A DNA stretch of 64,000 nucleotides from Gemmatimonadota bacterium (GCA_963666735.1 OY762926.1:2624001-2688000), one strand, 5' to 3'. Shown: positions 9,887 to 19,762, counted from the stretch's first letter. Notes: generated by a model not told the origin, from the sequence alone. Made by a program: numbers and translations.

Positions 9887-10747
9887 ATGAGCCGCTACGG
9901 GATTGCGGAGTGGTACGGTCGACCCTTCTTGGATCTCTGTTCGGACGAACGCCAGAGTTTGGCCGCAACGGCGCCCCAAGCGCTCCAAGAGATTGAGCCC
10001 CCGGATTGTCCGTTTCGTTCGATCACATGCAACAAGCAGGGTGGTGTATGTTCCATCCAGCCCTACGAGGAAGAGGGGGGACGTATCGGGCAAGTCGGCG
10101 GAGAGCCTGTCATTACCTGCCCAAACCGGTTCGAGCACGGACAACTTCTAATTCGCTGGCTGGCAGAGATCGTTAGCTTCTCCTCCGAGGAGGCGATGAT
10201 TGCCCGAGAAGTCCCGTTCATGAGAAGTACGACGACAGGTACGCCGGCGGGCAAGATTGACCTGGTCTTGGCGTCCCTTAGGCAGGGATTGCGATGGTTC
10301 GGACTTGAGGTACAAGCCGTTTATTTCTCCGGTCAGGGCATGTCCGAGGAATTCGAGGCGCTCCGTCACGACGCTCATGAGACACCCCCCTTCCCATTAC
10401 ATGCCCGACGACCGGATTGGCGCTCGTCAAGCGCAAAGCGACTGATGCCCCAGCTACGGGTGAAGGGCCCTACCCTCCGCCGCTGGCACTCCAAGATCGC
10501 AGTCGCTGTCGATGCGCCGTTCTTCGAGTCGCTTGGGGGACCATCGGACCCGCCAAGCCATGACCTCGACTCGGGCGACGTGTTGTGGCTGGTAACCTCA
10601 CTAAGCAACGGTCAGCTGGAGCGCCATCACTGGGAGGTGCTGACGCTCGAAGAATCCGGCAAGAAACTACTCGCGGCGGAGCCAGTTACTCGGGCTGCCT
10701 TTGAACAGGATCTTCGCGGCAAGCTAGCTCCGCTCGGAGAACCGTAG
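9887..10747 (+). CDS. NotI-family type II restriction endonuclease
   Basis: IAEWYG, Cys4 metal site CPF..CNKQGGVCS...ITCPNRF, KIDLVL..LEVQAVYFSG, RPDWRSSSAKRLMPQL; adjacent to dcm and vsr. Confidence 0.88.
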   Translation: MSRYGIAEWYGRPFLDLCSDERQSLAATAPQALQEIEPPDCPFRSITCNKQGGVCSIQPYEEEGGRIGQVGGEPVITCPNRFEHGQLLIRWLAEIVSFSSEEAMIAREVPFMRSTTTGTPAGKIDLVLASLRQGLRWFGLEVQAVYFSGQGMSEEFEALRHDAHETPPFPLHARRPDWRSSSAKRLMPQLRVKGPTLRRWHSKIAVAVDAPFFESLGGPSDPPSHDLDSGDVLWLVTSLSNGQLERHHWEVLTLEESGKKLLAAEPVTRAAFEQDLRGKLAPLGEP

Positions 10748-10800
10748 GCAGGTGTTATCGCTCGTCGATGTATCTCGAGGGTCTGCCCCCAGAGCTACGC

Positions 10801-10821
10801 ACTTCGCCCGGCGAGTTTTTT
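10801..10821 (+). terminator. Possible weak intrinsic terminator after the restriction gene
   Basis: Short hairpin TCGC-ccg-GCGA followed by T6. Confidence 0.3.
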
Positions 10822-10852
10822 CCTTTGCGGTCACGCGTTGGGGGCCAATACC

Positions 10853-11275
10853 ATGACGAAGCTCCCCGCGTCCGGTCCCCTGCCGAGGCCTCGGGACCCG
10901 GAAGAGGGGCGCGAGACGCTGCGCGAGGAGGCGATCCCGGCCGACGACGTCCAGCGCGTCCGCCTGCGGGCGCTGGAGTTCACGTCGCTGTGCCCGAAGA
11001 CAGGACAGCCGGACTTCGGGAGGGTGACGATCGACTACGAGCCGCGCGACCGCTGCCTGGAGTCGAAGGCGCTCAAGTTCTACCTGTGGTCCTTCCGGGA
11101 CGAGGGGGAGTTCTGCGAGACGCTCGCGGCCCGGATCGCCGATGACATCGTCTACGCCGTGGCACCGCGCTGGGTGCGCGTCAACGTCGAACAGAATGTG
11201 CGCGGCGGCATCGAGATCATTGCCGCCGCCGAGCGCGGCGAGCCGCCCGCAGAAGATTGCCAGCGAACCCACTAA
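10853..11275 (+). CDS. queF: NADPH-dependent preQ0 reductase (unimodular QueF)
   Basis: EFTSLCPKTGQPDF catalytic motif, QueF signature ESKALKFY, VRGGI. Confidence 0.92.
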   Translation: MTKLPASGPLPRPRDPEEGRETLREEAIPADDVQRVRLRALEFTSLCPKTGQPDFGRVTIDYEPRDRCLESKALKFYLWSFRDEGEFCETLAARIADDIVYAVAPRWVRVNVEQNVRGGIEIIAAAERGEPPAEDCQRTH

Positions 11276-12987
11276 CGTGTCATGCGCGTATCATGAACGG
11301 GGGCTTGACCTCCGATGAGCGCCTCTACCAGATCGGCACGGCGAAAGGCTGCGGACAATCGCTGCAGGGTACGCTCCCGATCCTTGAAGAGAGGCTCCAG
11401 TGCCACCTCGATGTCCCTCTCGGCTCTCGCCGCATAATCTTCCGCCCGAGCCGAGATAAGGTCCTTCGCCTGGTCGAACGTTTGATGGTTCAGCTTCTGG
11501 AGTTCCTTGATCGATAGGTCCATGTCCGCTAGCAGGAACCCGCCCATAAGCATGGCGACGAACCTGGAACCATACGCCAGAAAATCCGGTGCGTCCGGTG
11601 GAGGACGCTTGCGGCGATTCTCCGCCTGCCTAAGCAGCAAAGCTGCCGCTGCCGCCTGTGCACCGTTGAGATCCTCGGTGAAGATCTTGTTGTACAGTGC
11701 CCCAAAATGTTCTCGCCTCGAGAACCTCGCCTGATGTGGCCTCTCCCGCCACACGGCGAGCACCGCCTCCGCAACAACGGCGCTCGTGAATTCCCCCGGC
11801 GATACCTTACGGTCCTCCCGTTTCGTTCGGTATTTATATCCCAATCTGGCGATTGACTCGCCGAGAGCCTTCTGTCGAGCGTCGTTTGACTTCAAATCCC
11901 TAAGATCGACGGGATTCTGACTGTTGGTGGCGAACGTGATGGATTCCACTAGTTCCTGATCCTCCGAATCCAGCTCATAGATGCGCACAAGTACTTGCGC
12001 CGCCCGGATGTCAAGTCCCGTATCCCTGGCCGTCCGCTGAACGGTGCGGGCCGTCTGCCCGCCATTTACGACTTGGCAGTCGGCGAGCTTCACTCGCCAG
12101 TTACCCTTCTCGAGCGCGTTGTGCCGGAACTTGGAGCACGTGATGGTGATTCCGTTGTTGAAGAAATAGAAGTTCCCCCGCTGGGTCTCGTCTCGTAGCG
12201 TGGCCGCCACGGCCTCATTGACCCGGTTACCGGCGAGGCCCAAGTAACGACGGATATTACGCTCGAACAGACGATTGCCATGAAGTTCGGTGAGCCGTGC
12301 GAGTTCCGAGACGGACATGCGTCCGACCAAGACGCGTCGATAATCAAAGGTCTCGACAGTCGCTTCCCCCACGAGCTGGAGGTCTGCGGAAATCTCTCTC
12401 GGCGTTTGCAGTTGGCGGAGTATTTCCTCGGGCCCGATATGACGCCACTCGACTTGCGATCCGAAATCCGCCCGCGCACCGTCGATGCGATCCTCCGCCT
12501 CGGACGACCAACGCCGACCGTTGTTTGCCGCGACTGCGGTGACGTGCGGTATCGCACCGGCCCTGACGAAGGATCGGATGTCCTCGACGCGCTGCGACAG
12601 GCGGTCGTTCAAACTGACCTTCCTCTCGGGGTCGAAGAGCGTGCCGGTCGCGTCGATCAGAGCGGCGATTCCGGTCTCCGGGAACCCGGACTGCCCATCG
12701 AGACGCTGCCGGTATTTCCCTTGGATCAAGACGATGGGAAGCTCACCGTCCTCCGGTGGGTCGAAGTAGATTGCGTCAACGCCGAAATCGTGGGCCCCAT
12801 CGACTATTCCGTCGAATGCCTCGTCGTCGGTAAGGCCGAAGGCGGTCTTTGCCACGAGAAAAAGAAACGCGGCAGAGCGTTTCTTCTGCTCGTCGTTGCC
12901 CATCCCGAGTTCGTCCGTGAGAATGTCCGAGTTGTCTTCAACGATCCCTGTGACGCGCTGGTCGATGATTTGCGTGGCAAGATTCAT
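11272..12987 (-). CDS. AIPR family protein (abortive infection phage resistance)
   Basis: DGAHDFGVDAIY..IQGKY, LFERNIRRYLG, FYFFNNGITI, QVVNGGQT, ATNSQNPVDLRDLKSND. Confidence 0.92.
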   Translation of the reverse strand: MNLATQIIDQRVTGIVEDNSDILTDELGMGNDEQKKRSAAFLFLVAKTAFGLTDDEAFDGIVDGAHDFGVDAIYFDPPEDGELPIVLIQGKYRQRLDGQSGFPETGIAALIDATGTLFDPERKVSLNDRLSQRVEDIRSFVRAGAIPHVTAVAANNGRRWSSEAEDRIDGARADFGSQVEWRHIGPEEILRQLQTPREISADLQLVGEATVETFDYRRVLVGRMSVSELARLTELHGNRLFERNIRRYLGLAGNRVNEAVAATLRDETQRGNFYFFNNGITITCSKFRHNALEKGNWRVKLADCQVVNGGQTARTVQRTARDTGLDIRAAQVLVRIYELDSEDQELVESITFATNSQNPVDLRDLKSNDARQKALGESIARLGYKYRTKREDRKVSPGEFTSAVVAEAVLAVWRERPHQARFSRREHFGALYNKIFTEDLNGAQAAAAALLLRQAENRRKRPPPDAPDFLAYGSRFVAMLMGGFLLADMDLSIKELQKLNHQTFDQAKDLISARAEDYAARAERDIEVALEPLFKDRERTLQRLSAAFRRADLVEALIGGQAPVHDTRMTR

Positions 12988-13097
12988 GTCATCTCTTCTG
13001 GCTCGCGGCGCTTCATATGTCCTCCGCAGGTTCGCACGGTTCGACCTTCGGTAACGTAGCCCCTACCGCGGCGGGCGACACAAGTTAGCTCCTCGCT

Positions 13098-14681
13098 TCA
13101 GGGCATTTGGCGCAGGCTGCGGCCGGGGCGGGCGCCGGTCGGCTCCCCGTCCGACCACGTCTCGACGCCCCCGAGCCACACGCTCTCGATGCCCTCCGCC
13201 CGACGGGTCCCGTAGTCGAAGGTCGACCGGTCCACCACGCGCTCCGGGTCGAAGATCACGAGGTCCGCCCGGGCCCCGGCGCGCAGCACGCCCCGGTCGT
13301 TCAGCCCCAGCCGCCGCGCCGGCATCGAGGTCGCGCGCGCGACGGCCCGCTCCAGCGTCAGGATGCCGCGTTCCCGCACGTAGTGGCCCAGCACTCGCGG
13401 GAAGGTCCCCGCCCCGCGCGGATGCGCGCTCCGCACGCCGCCGTCGCTCGCCGTCATCACCCACTCCGAGGCCATGAACGTGTCGACGTCCTCGTCGCTC
13501 ATCGTGTGGCCGATGAGTCCCGAGCCCCCGTTCTCCATGATCCATATGTACGCCTCAACCTCGGTCATCTCCTTGCGCCGGGCGATTTCGTCCAGCCGCA
13601 GCCCGTTGAGTTCGGGCTCGGGTTCGAAGGCGACGATCTGCAGCCGGCCGCCGCCCCCCGCCGCCGCGATCCCCTTCGCGACGGAGTCCGGGTTCGAGAA
13701 CATCCGGGAGCGGACGACGATCGCGAGCCCCGACTGCCAGGCCGCGTACGGGTACTGATCCGCCGTCACGTCCAGTCCTTCCGCGTTGGCCCGCCCGATC
13801 CGCTCCAGCACGTCGGGAGCCCGCCCCCACACCGAAGCGTTGCCCGCCTTGATGTGCGAGATCTGTACGGGGAGACCCGCCTCCCGCCCGATGCGGATGG
13901 CCTCGTCGACCGCTTCGAGCAGCCCCTCCTCCTCATCCCGCATGTGCGACATGTAGAAGCCGCCGTGGCCCGCCGAGGCCCGCGCCAAGGCAATCAACTC
14001 TCCGGTGGAGGAGTAGAAGCCGGGGTCGTATTCGAGTCCGCTGGAGAGGCCGAAGGCCCCTTCCGTCATTCCCTGCTCGACGCGCACCGTCATGTCCGCG
14101 ATCTCGGCGTCGGTCGCGGTGCGCCGGTAATCCTCCCCCAGCACGAGACCGCGCACCGTCCCGTGTCCGACGAGCGTCGCGACGTCCACCGCGGGACGCA
14201 GTTCGTCGATGCGCCCGAGGTAGTCCGAGACCGGCCACGGCGAGGAGCCGTCGGCCCCCACCGCGATCGTCGTGATCCCCTGCGCGAGCTGGGTCGTGGC
14301 CAGGGGTGAATCGAACAAGCGGGTCGTGGAGTGGTTGTGGATGTCGATGAAGCCCGGGGCGAGGACGAGACCCGTGAGGTCGCGCCGTTCGGCGCCGGGC
14401 GGAGCCTCGATGGAGCCGGGCGCGCCGAGCGCCGTAATGCGGCCCCCCTCGATGAGCAGGTCGCCGACATAGCGGGGGGCGCCCGTTCCGTCGACGAGCG
14501 TCGCGTTCGTGAACAGGACCGTGGCCGGTTCCTGCGCCACGCCCCCGGCCGCCTGCGCGGCGGTCCCCTGCGCGGCGGTCCCCTCCGCGGCGCCGGGTCC
14601 GGCCGCACTTCCCAGGATGAGCGCCGTCAGGAGCCGGATGGTTCGCCGGCGGGGGCGGGGGCGTTTCGTTCGAGCAGACAT
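13098..14681 (-). CDS. Secreted N-acyl-D-amino-acid deacylase (amidohydrolase family)
   Basis: APGFIDIHNH, GLSSGLEYDPG, SHMRDE, QISHIK, HPRGAGTFPRVLG; signal peptide. Confidence 0.88.
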   Translation of the reverse strand: MSARTKRPRPRRRTIRLLTALILGSAAGPGAAEGTAAQGTAAQAAGGVAQEPATVLFTNATLVDGTGAPRYVGDLLIEGGRITALGAPGSIEAPPGAERRDLTGLVLAPGFIDIHNHSTTRLFDSPLATTQLAQGITTIAVGADGSSPWPVSDYLGRIDELRPAVDVATLVGHGTVRGLVLGEDYRRTATDAEIADMTVRVEQGMTEGAFGLSSGLEYDPGFYSSTGELIALARASAGHGGFYMSHMRDEEEGLLEAVDEAIRIGREAGLPVQISHIKAGNASVWGRAPDVLERIGRANAEGLDVTADQYPYAAWQSGLAIVVRSRMFSNPDSVAKGIAAAGGGGRLQIVAFEPEPELNGLRLDEIARRKEMTEVEAYIWIMENGGSGLIGHTMSDEDVDTFMASEWVMTASDGGVRSAHPRGAGTFPRVLGHYVRERGILTLERAVARATSMPARRLGLNDRGVLRAGARADLVIFDPERVVDRSTFDYGTRRAEGIESVWLGGVETWSDGEPTGARPGRSLRQMP

Positions 14682-14771
14682 ATCGCGTTACCTTCGTGTT
14701 TCCGTGATGATGTACGGGCGCGGTCCCCGAACAGTAGACCCGCCTCGGCAGGTTCCAATAGAGAGAGAACG

Positions 14772-15323
14772 ATGAAAAGATACGCTCGTCTTCCGCTTTC
14801 GTTCGCCACCCTGCTCCTGGCGCTGGCGCCCGCGACGCTGGCGGGCCAGGCCGGGGGCCAGGCCGCCGATGGGCCGCTCAGGATCGGCGTCATCGATCTG
14901 GACGCCGCCGCGTTCGGGTCGCCGGCCGGACAGGAACTCGCGCAGCAGCTGACGGACTTCCAGCAGGAACTCGCCACGGAGCTACAGGTGCGGCAGGAGG
15001 CCGTGCGCGCGGTCGAGCTACGGGTCGCCGAAGCCGACAGCCTGACGGTCGACGAGCGACGGGTGCTCGAACGCGAGTACCAGGACGCCCTCACCGCTTT
15101 CCAGCGCTACCAGCAGGACAAGCAGGAGGAGGCCACGGCCCTTCAGGACGACGGACGCGAGCGGATCCGGGGGGAACTCGCGCCCGTGATCGAAGCGATC
15201 CAGGCGGAACTCGGGTACGACCTGATCCTGAACGCGACGAGCCCCATCATCATCCTGTTCAGCGAACGCGTCGACATCACCCAACTCGTCATCGACCGCC
15301 TCGCGGACGCCCCCGGCCCGTAG
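14772..15323 (+). CDS. OmpH/Skp periplasmic chaperone
   Basis: Signal peptide, LRIGVIDL, coiled coil, GYDLIL...VDITQLVIDRL. Confidence 0.88.
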   Translation: MKRYARLPLSFATLLLALAPATLAGQAGGQAADGPLRIGVIDLDAAAFGSPAGQELAQQLTDFQQELATELQVRQEAVRAVELRVAEADSLTVDERRVLEREYQDALTAFQRYQQDKQEEATALQDDGRERIRGELAPVIEAIQAELGYDLILNATSPIIILFSERVDITQLVIDRLADAPGP

Positions 15324-15331
15324 GGGAACCG

Positions 15332-16135
15332 TCAGCGGTGGGGACGCAGCAGATCCAGTAGGTCGGCCCGTGCGGGGACTTCTTCTCCGCTTTCCAGGAA
15401 CGGGCGGATATCGGCCTCGACCGCCTTCCACTCCACGCCCGCGATTCTCGCCGCGACCGCCTCGCGCCATGTGTCCCCGGTCAGTGCCGACGCCGCGGGT
15501 TCCGTCTGGCGGCGCGCCGCGTTCAGGAGATCCAGATTCGGGGGCGGCCACGCGGGATCGCTCAGATACCAGGCGAGGTCGTAGATGTCCCGCCCCTTCA
15601 GCCAGGGCCGGTGGAGCACCGCGTGCAGTTTGCCGGCCAGCAGCGACGCGCGGTCATGGTGATGGATCCGCAGGGACACGTGCCGCCGCACGAGGCGCGT
15701 CTCGGTCACCGCGCCCGCGGGCGGGCGGGTGTCCACCTCGAGCTTGATCCTGAGTGTCTCGTCGCGGTGGCTCGACAGACCGAACTCATGGGAGAGTCCC
15801 CGGAAACGGAACCATCCGGCGTGGACGGCCGCCGCGTCGCGGAGCGAAGCCATCGAGTCGTAGCCCTCCCGCCGGAACTGCGCGGTGATGGACGTCAGCC
15901 AGCGCCGCGGATCATAGCTCTCGCGGGGCCCTTCGAGGGCGAAGTCGAGGTCCTCGGAGTATCTCGGCAACCTGAACAGGAAGCGCAAAGCCGTACCGCC
16001 CTGGAAGGCCAGCGGCGACATGGCTCCGACCCTCTGCAGACCCTCCAGGATTCGGGCCTGCAGGTATTCTCGCATCACGTTGCGGCCGGCCTGTGGATCG
16101 AGACCCCGGACCAACTCTCGGAGATGGTCCTTCAC
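15332..16135 (-). CDS. AbiEii-type nucleotidyltransferase toxin (type IV TA)
   Basis: LAFQGGTALR, RYSEDLDF, IKLEVD, KLHAVL, KGRDIYDL. Confidence 0.9.
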   Translation of the reverse strand: MKDHLRELVRGLDPQAGRNVMREYLQARILEGLQRVGAMSPLAFQGGTALRFLFRLPRYSEDLDFALEGPRESYDPRRWLTSITAQFRREGYDSMASLRDAAAVHAGWFRFRGLSHEFGLSSHRDETLRIKLEVDTRPPAGAVTETRLVRRHVSLRIHHHDRASLLAGKLHAVLHRPWLKGRDIYDLAWYLSDPAWPPPNLDLLNAARRQTEPAASALTGDTWREAVAARIAGVEWKAVEADIRPFLESGEEVPARADLLDLLRPHR

Positions 16136-16779
16136 GTGACCGGCAGGGGTTCGTACGGCGGCGCCGGGTCACTCGCGCGCCGGATGAGGTGGGCCGCGGC
16201 GCGGGCCAGCTTCGGACTCCCCGTGGCGGCCGCCATCGCCCGCAGCCGCGCGGGCGAGAGATCGTCGACATCCAGACGCAACTCGTCGATCCAGGCCGGG
16301 GCATCGCCCCCGGGCTGCAGGTGCGCCAGGTCGAGGAAGGCCTTCTCGGGGCGGGCGACGAACGCGCTCTGTCCGACGACCAGGTCCACGAGTCGATAGC
16401 CGGTACGCAGCGCCGGCTTGACGTAGCGGAAGGAGAACCGCCCCAGCGGCGTCTCCCTCACGTGAGGGCGCGCGGGGCCGCAACTGGTGACCTCCGGCAC
16501 GTATTCCGGGATCGCGTTCGCGAAGGCGAGCGCCGACAGCCCGCTCACGTAGGAGCCGGGCGAGAGGCGGTTGGCAACGAGGAAGGGATGCGGATGCGCC
16601 TTCCGGTACGGTGGCGCCAACGCGAACAACCCGCGCCGGAGCCGCAGCAGTTTGCCGGCGGCGCACCAACGGCTGAGCTGCGCCTGGAGACCTGGCTCCG
16701 GAGCCCGCCCGCCGCGAAGGAAGCCGGTCTCGAACACTGGCTCATCCGCGACGATTTCAAGCAATTCTGCAAATTTCAT
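16132..16779 (-). CDS. AbiEi-type antitoxin
   Basis: QLSRWCAAGKLLRLRRGLF wHTH, SYVSGLSAL, ARPEKAFLD; GTGA-coupled to the toxin. Confidence 0.85.
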   Translation of the reverse strand: MKFAELLEIVADEPVFETGFLRGGRAPEPGLQAQLSRWCAAGKLLRLRRGLFALAPPYRKAHPHPFLVANRLSPGSYVSGLSALAFANAIPEYVPEVTSCGPARPHVRETPLGRFSFRYVKPALRTGYRLVDLVVGQSAFVARPEKAFLDLAHLQPGGDAPAWIDELRLDVDDLSPARLRAMAAATGSPKLARAAAHLIRRASDPAPPYEPLPVT

Positions 16780-16884
16780 GCAGAAAACGTGCTGTAATTG
16801 GCAAATAATCGCAACGAATTGTCGTGCCCCCCCCACAACGCGTTTGGGAGCGGGAAGAGGCGAGTCCCTACCGGGGGAGCACGA

Positions 16885-17454
16885 TCAGGGATCGTGGAGT
16901 TCGACCAGCATCTCGATCTCGACCGACTGGTCCCGCGGGAGCGACGCCATGCCCACGGCGGCGCGGGCGTGCTTCGAGATCGCGGGGCCGAACACCTGTT
17001 CCATGAGGTCCGAGCACCCGTTGATGACCTGCGAGTGCTGTGTGAAGTCGGGCTGCGTGTTCACCATCCCGAATACGCGCACGATCCGCTTCACGCGGGA
17101 GAGGTCGCCGATTTCCCGGGCGAGCGACGCGAGGAGGCAGACGCCGACCCAGCGGGCGATCTCGTAACCTTCGTCGACGGTGTGGTCGAGACCGACCTTC
17201 CCCGTGTTCGTCTCGTCGAGCCCGCCGCACGGGCCGTGACCGGCGAGGAAGACGAGATTCCCCGTCGTCACCGCCTTCACGAAGTTGGCCGTCGGCGCGT
17301 CCGGGGTCGGGAGTTCGATCCCGAGTTCGGCGAGGCGTTCTTCCGGAGTCTGGGCGGCGACTCCGCTGGCCGGGGGCAGCAGGACGAGGAGTCCCGCGAG
17401 CGCCCCGACGACGGTGCGCGGCGTGTGCGCGGATCGCGGGGAGGGCGAAGTCAC
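16885..17454 (-). CDS. RidA/YjgF-family protein with N-terminal signal peptide
   Basis: PEERLAELGIELP, LVFLAGHGP, VINGCSDL, HARAAVGMASLP..VEIEM; GTG start overlaps upstream TGA. Confidence 0.88.
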   Translation of the reverse strand: MTSPSPRSAHTPRTVVGALAGLLVLLPPASGVAAQTPEERLAELGIELPTPDAPTANFVKAVTTGNLVFLAGHGPCGGLDETNTGKVGLDHTVDEGYEIARWVGVCLLASLAREIGDLSRVKRIVRVFGMVNTQPDFTQHSQVINGCSDLMEQVFGPAISKHARAAVGMASLPRDQSVEIEMLVELHDP

Positions 17455-17975
17455 GCGGCCCCCTCCGGATCGCGCCGCCGGGAGACGATCGCGTCGGGGG
17501 TCTCGCCCGTGCGGATCGCTTCGGCCGCGATGTCCACGGCCTCGAAGATCTTCGTATAGCCGGTGCAGCGGCAGAGATTGCCGGAGAGCGCCCGCGCGAC
17601 GTCCTCCCGAGCGGGGTCCGGATCGCGGGTCAGCAGTCCATGGGCCGAGCAGAGAATACCCGGTGTGCAGAAGCCGCATTGCGCCCCTCCCGTGAGATCG
17701 AAGGCGTCCTGGAGCGGGTGCGGGCCGGACGCGTCCGCGAGACCTTCGACGGTCGTGATCTCGTGACCCGTGGCCTCGTGCACCGGCATGATGCAGGAGA
17801 GGACGGCCTCGCCATCGCGGAGCACCGTGCACGCCCCGCAGTCCCCCTTGTCGCACCCCTGCTTCGATCCCGTGAGGCCGAGCCCGTAGCGGAGGGTCTC
17901 GAGGAGGGTGTAGTGGGACGGCACTCCGACCCGGCGCCGGTCTCCGTTCACCCGCAGTTCCACCACTTCATGCAT
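17451..17975 (-). CDS. (2Fe-2S)-binding small subunit of an XDH/CODH-family enzyme
   Basis: GSKQGCDKGDCGACTV, QCGFCTPG, GNLCRCTGY. Confidence 0.93.
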   Translation of the reverse strand: MHEVVELRVNGDRRRVGVPSHYTLLETLRYGLGLTGSKQGCDKGDCGACTVLRDGEAVLSCIMPVHEATGHEITTVEGLADASGPHPLQDAFDLTGGAQCGFCTPGILCSAHGLLTRDPDPAREDVARALSGNLCRCTGYTKIFEAVDIAAEAIRTGETPDAIVSRRRDPEGAA

Positions 17976-18133
17976 GATGACCAAGTTGCCCGGGGGGCTC
18001 ACGCGCGGCAACCGAATCCGCTCGCGGACGCGGCCGGGTGCGCGCCCCGGTGCGCATCTTGTGACGAAAGCCCCATCTTCAGTCGTCTGGAGAGCGTCCG
18101 CCCGTGGATGACGGCCATACGAGGGATCACACC

Positions 18134-19762
18134 ATGCATCGCCCGGTTCGACCAACTCTGCTCTCGCTGCTGCGCTCACTCCTGCTCTCCGCCGCGGGAC
18201 TATGCGCGCTCACCCCCGGCACCGCGTGGGCCCAGGAAATCCCGCTCGACCGCTGGCTGGTCACGAGCGCGGAGCATGCGGCGGGCGAACCCCCGCTCCC
18301 CGTGGCGGGGCCGGACCGATTTCCGGACCGGAACGCCGAAACCGCTGCGGGTACGTGGTCGCTCTTTCGCCGCGACGGACAGGCGGCGCTGGATTTCTCG
18401 GAGTTCTCGGAGACCGGGCAGGCGACGCTCGCCCACGCGTACCTGAAGTCGGCCGCCGACGCGAGCGTGCGGCTCGAACTGGGCGCCGAGCCGTGCACCC
18501 GGCTCGAGGCGTGGGTGAACGCGCAGCACATCGCGGACGCCGGGAGCGCGCGCGAAGTGCGGCTGGCGGCGGGCTGGAACACGCTGCTCGTCGTGCTCGA
18601 CGGCGAACCCGGTTGTGAGCGCTCGCTCTCCGCGCGGCTCTCCCCGGACACGGGCCCGAACGTGCGGGCGGAACGCGACGACCGCCCCGGCGACCGGTTG
18701 ACCGTGCAGGCCTCCCGCCCTCCCGGCGTACGGCCGACCTGGCCCGACGGGGTCGTGACGGTCTCGGTCCCCCGCATCACGGGGCTCGCCTGGCACCCGG
18801 ACGGGGACGATCTCCAGGCCGCCATCCGCTATGACCTCGCAAGCTGGGGTCGCGAATTCGGGGCCGGCACGGCCGGCGGCGATGCCCCGGGGATCCAGCG
18901 CCCCGGAGGCCGATTCCGGAACCCGCTCGATCTTCCCCGCCGGAGCGGCGGCGCCCCGGGCGATGCGGGCGATGCGGGCGCAGACGATGATGAGACCGGG
19001 CCGACCGACCCGGAGGGGCTGCGTGCGCGGATGGTCGCTCAGTTGCTGGGCCGGCCGGAAGCCCGTGTCCCCGCGCCGAGCGCGGGGTCCGCCGAGTTGC
19101 GCCTCGCGGGCGAGTCGTTCGTCGCCGCGTCCAACGAACTCCAGCCGGGCGTGCCCGTCTCCTTCGAGGGTGTGCTCGAGTTCCGGAAGCTCCGTGAGGC
19201 CGCGCTGCGGAACGACGGCATGAAGGGCGAGTTCCGCTGGGACGGGGGAGACGGAGAAGGCGAGGGGCGCATGCCGGCGGCGCCTGTTCTGAGAGCGCTG
19301 CACGGCCCGCTGGACCTGGCGCTCACCGTCGGGGCGGACGGCGTGTGGCGCGGCAGATTGCGGGTGCCGGACGCCCTGGCCGGCTTCACGCTCCGAGGTG
19401 CGGAGGGGTCGTGGACGGTCGACGGATCCGCGGCGGAGGACGGCCTCCTGTGCAGCCCGTGCGAGCGCGGCCGACGGCTGGAAATCGAGTTCCGCGGGGC
19501 CGGCGCCACGGTTGCCGGCACTGATGTGGAGGGACCGCGCGCGCGCATCGCGGGCCCCGGCCTCCCGGACCTGCCCGAAACCGGCGCGGCGGGGGCGATC
19601 GAACTGTTGAGGGCGCTGGAGGGGGATAACGGCCGCTACCGTGCCCTTATTGGGGATCCCGGGGATCCTGGGGGCCCTGCGGGTTCCGGGAGTCCGCCGG
19701 GTCCTCCGCTTCAGGCGGTTTCGGCGGTTCAGGCGGCTCCGGCGGCGCGGGCTCGGTCGTAG
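18134..19762 (+). CDS. Secreted hypothetical protein with an N-terminal beta-sandwich resembling glycoside-hydrolase accessory domains
   Basis: Signal peptide ending AWA-Q; AHAYLKS...VRLELG...AWVN...VRLAAGWNTLLV pattern. Confidence 0.6.
   Translation: MHRPVRPTLLSLLRSLLLSAAGLCALTPGTAWAQEIPLDRWLVTSAEHAAGEPPLPVAGPDRFPDRNAETAAGTWSLFRRDGQAALDFSEFSETGQATLAHAYLKSAADASVRLELGAEPCTRLEAWVNAQHIADAGSAREVRLAAGWNTLLVVLDGEPGCERSLSARLSPDTGPNVRAERDDRPGDRLTVQASRPPGVRPTWPDGVVTVSVPRITGLAWHPDGDDLQAAIRYDLASWGREFGAGTAGGDAPGIQRPGGRFRNPLDLPRRSGGAPGDAGDAGADDDETGPTDPEGLRARMVAQLLGRPEARVPAPSAGSAELRLAGESFVAASNELQPGVPVSFEGVLEFRKLREAALRNDGMKGEFRWDGGDGEGEGRMPAAPVLRALHGPLDLALTVGADGVWRGRLRVPDALAGFTLRGAEGSWTVDGSAAEDGLLCSPCERGRRLEIEFRGAGATVAGTDVEGPRARIAGPGLPDLPETGAAGAIELLRALEGDNGRYRALIGDPGDPGGPAGSGSPPGPPLQAVSAVQAAPAARARS

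Noticed and set aside
10748..10852. preQ1 riboswitch upstream of queF
   Set aside because: Lacks the preQ1-I stem-loop and A-rich tail.
14549..14592. 15-bp repeat in the D-aminoacylase 5' region
   Set aside because: In-frame linker duplication (EGTAA/QGTAA) of no evident significance.
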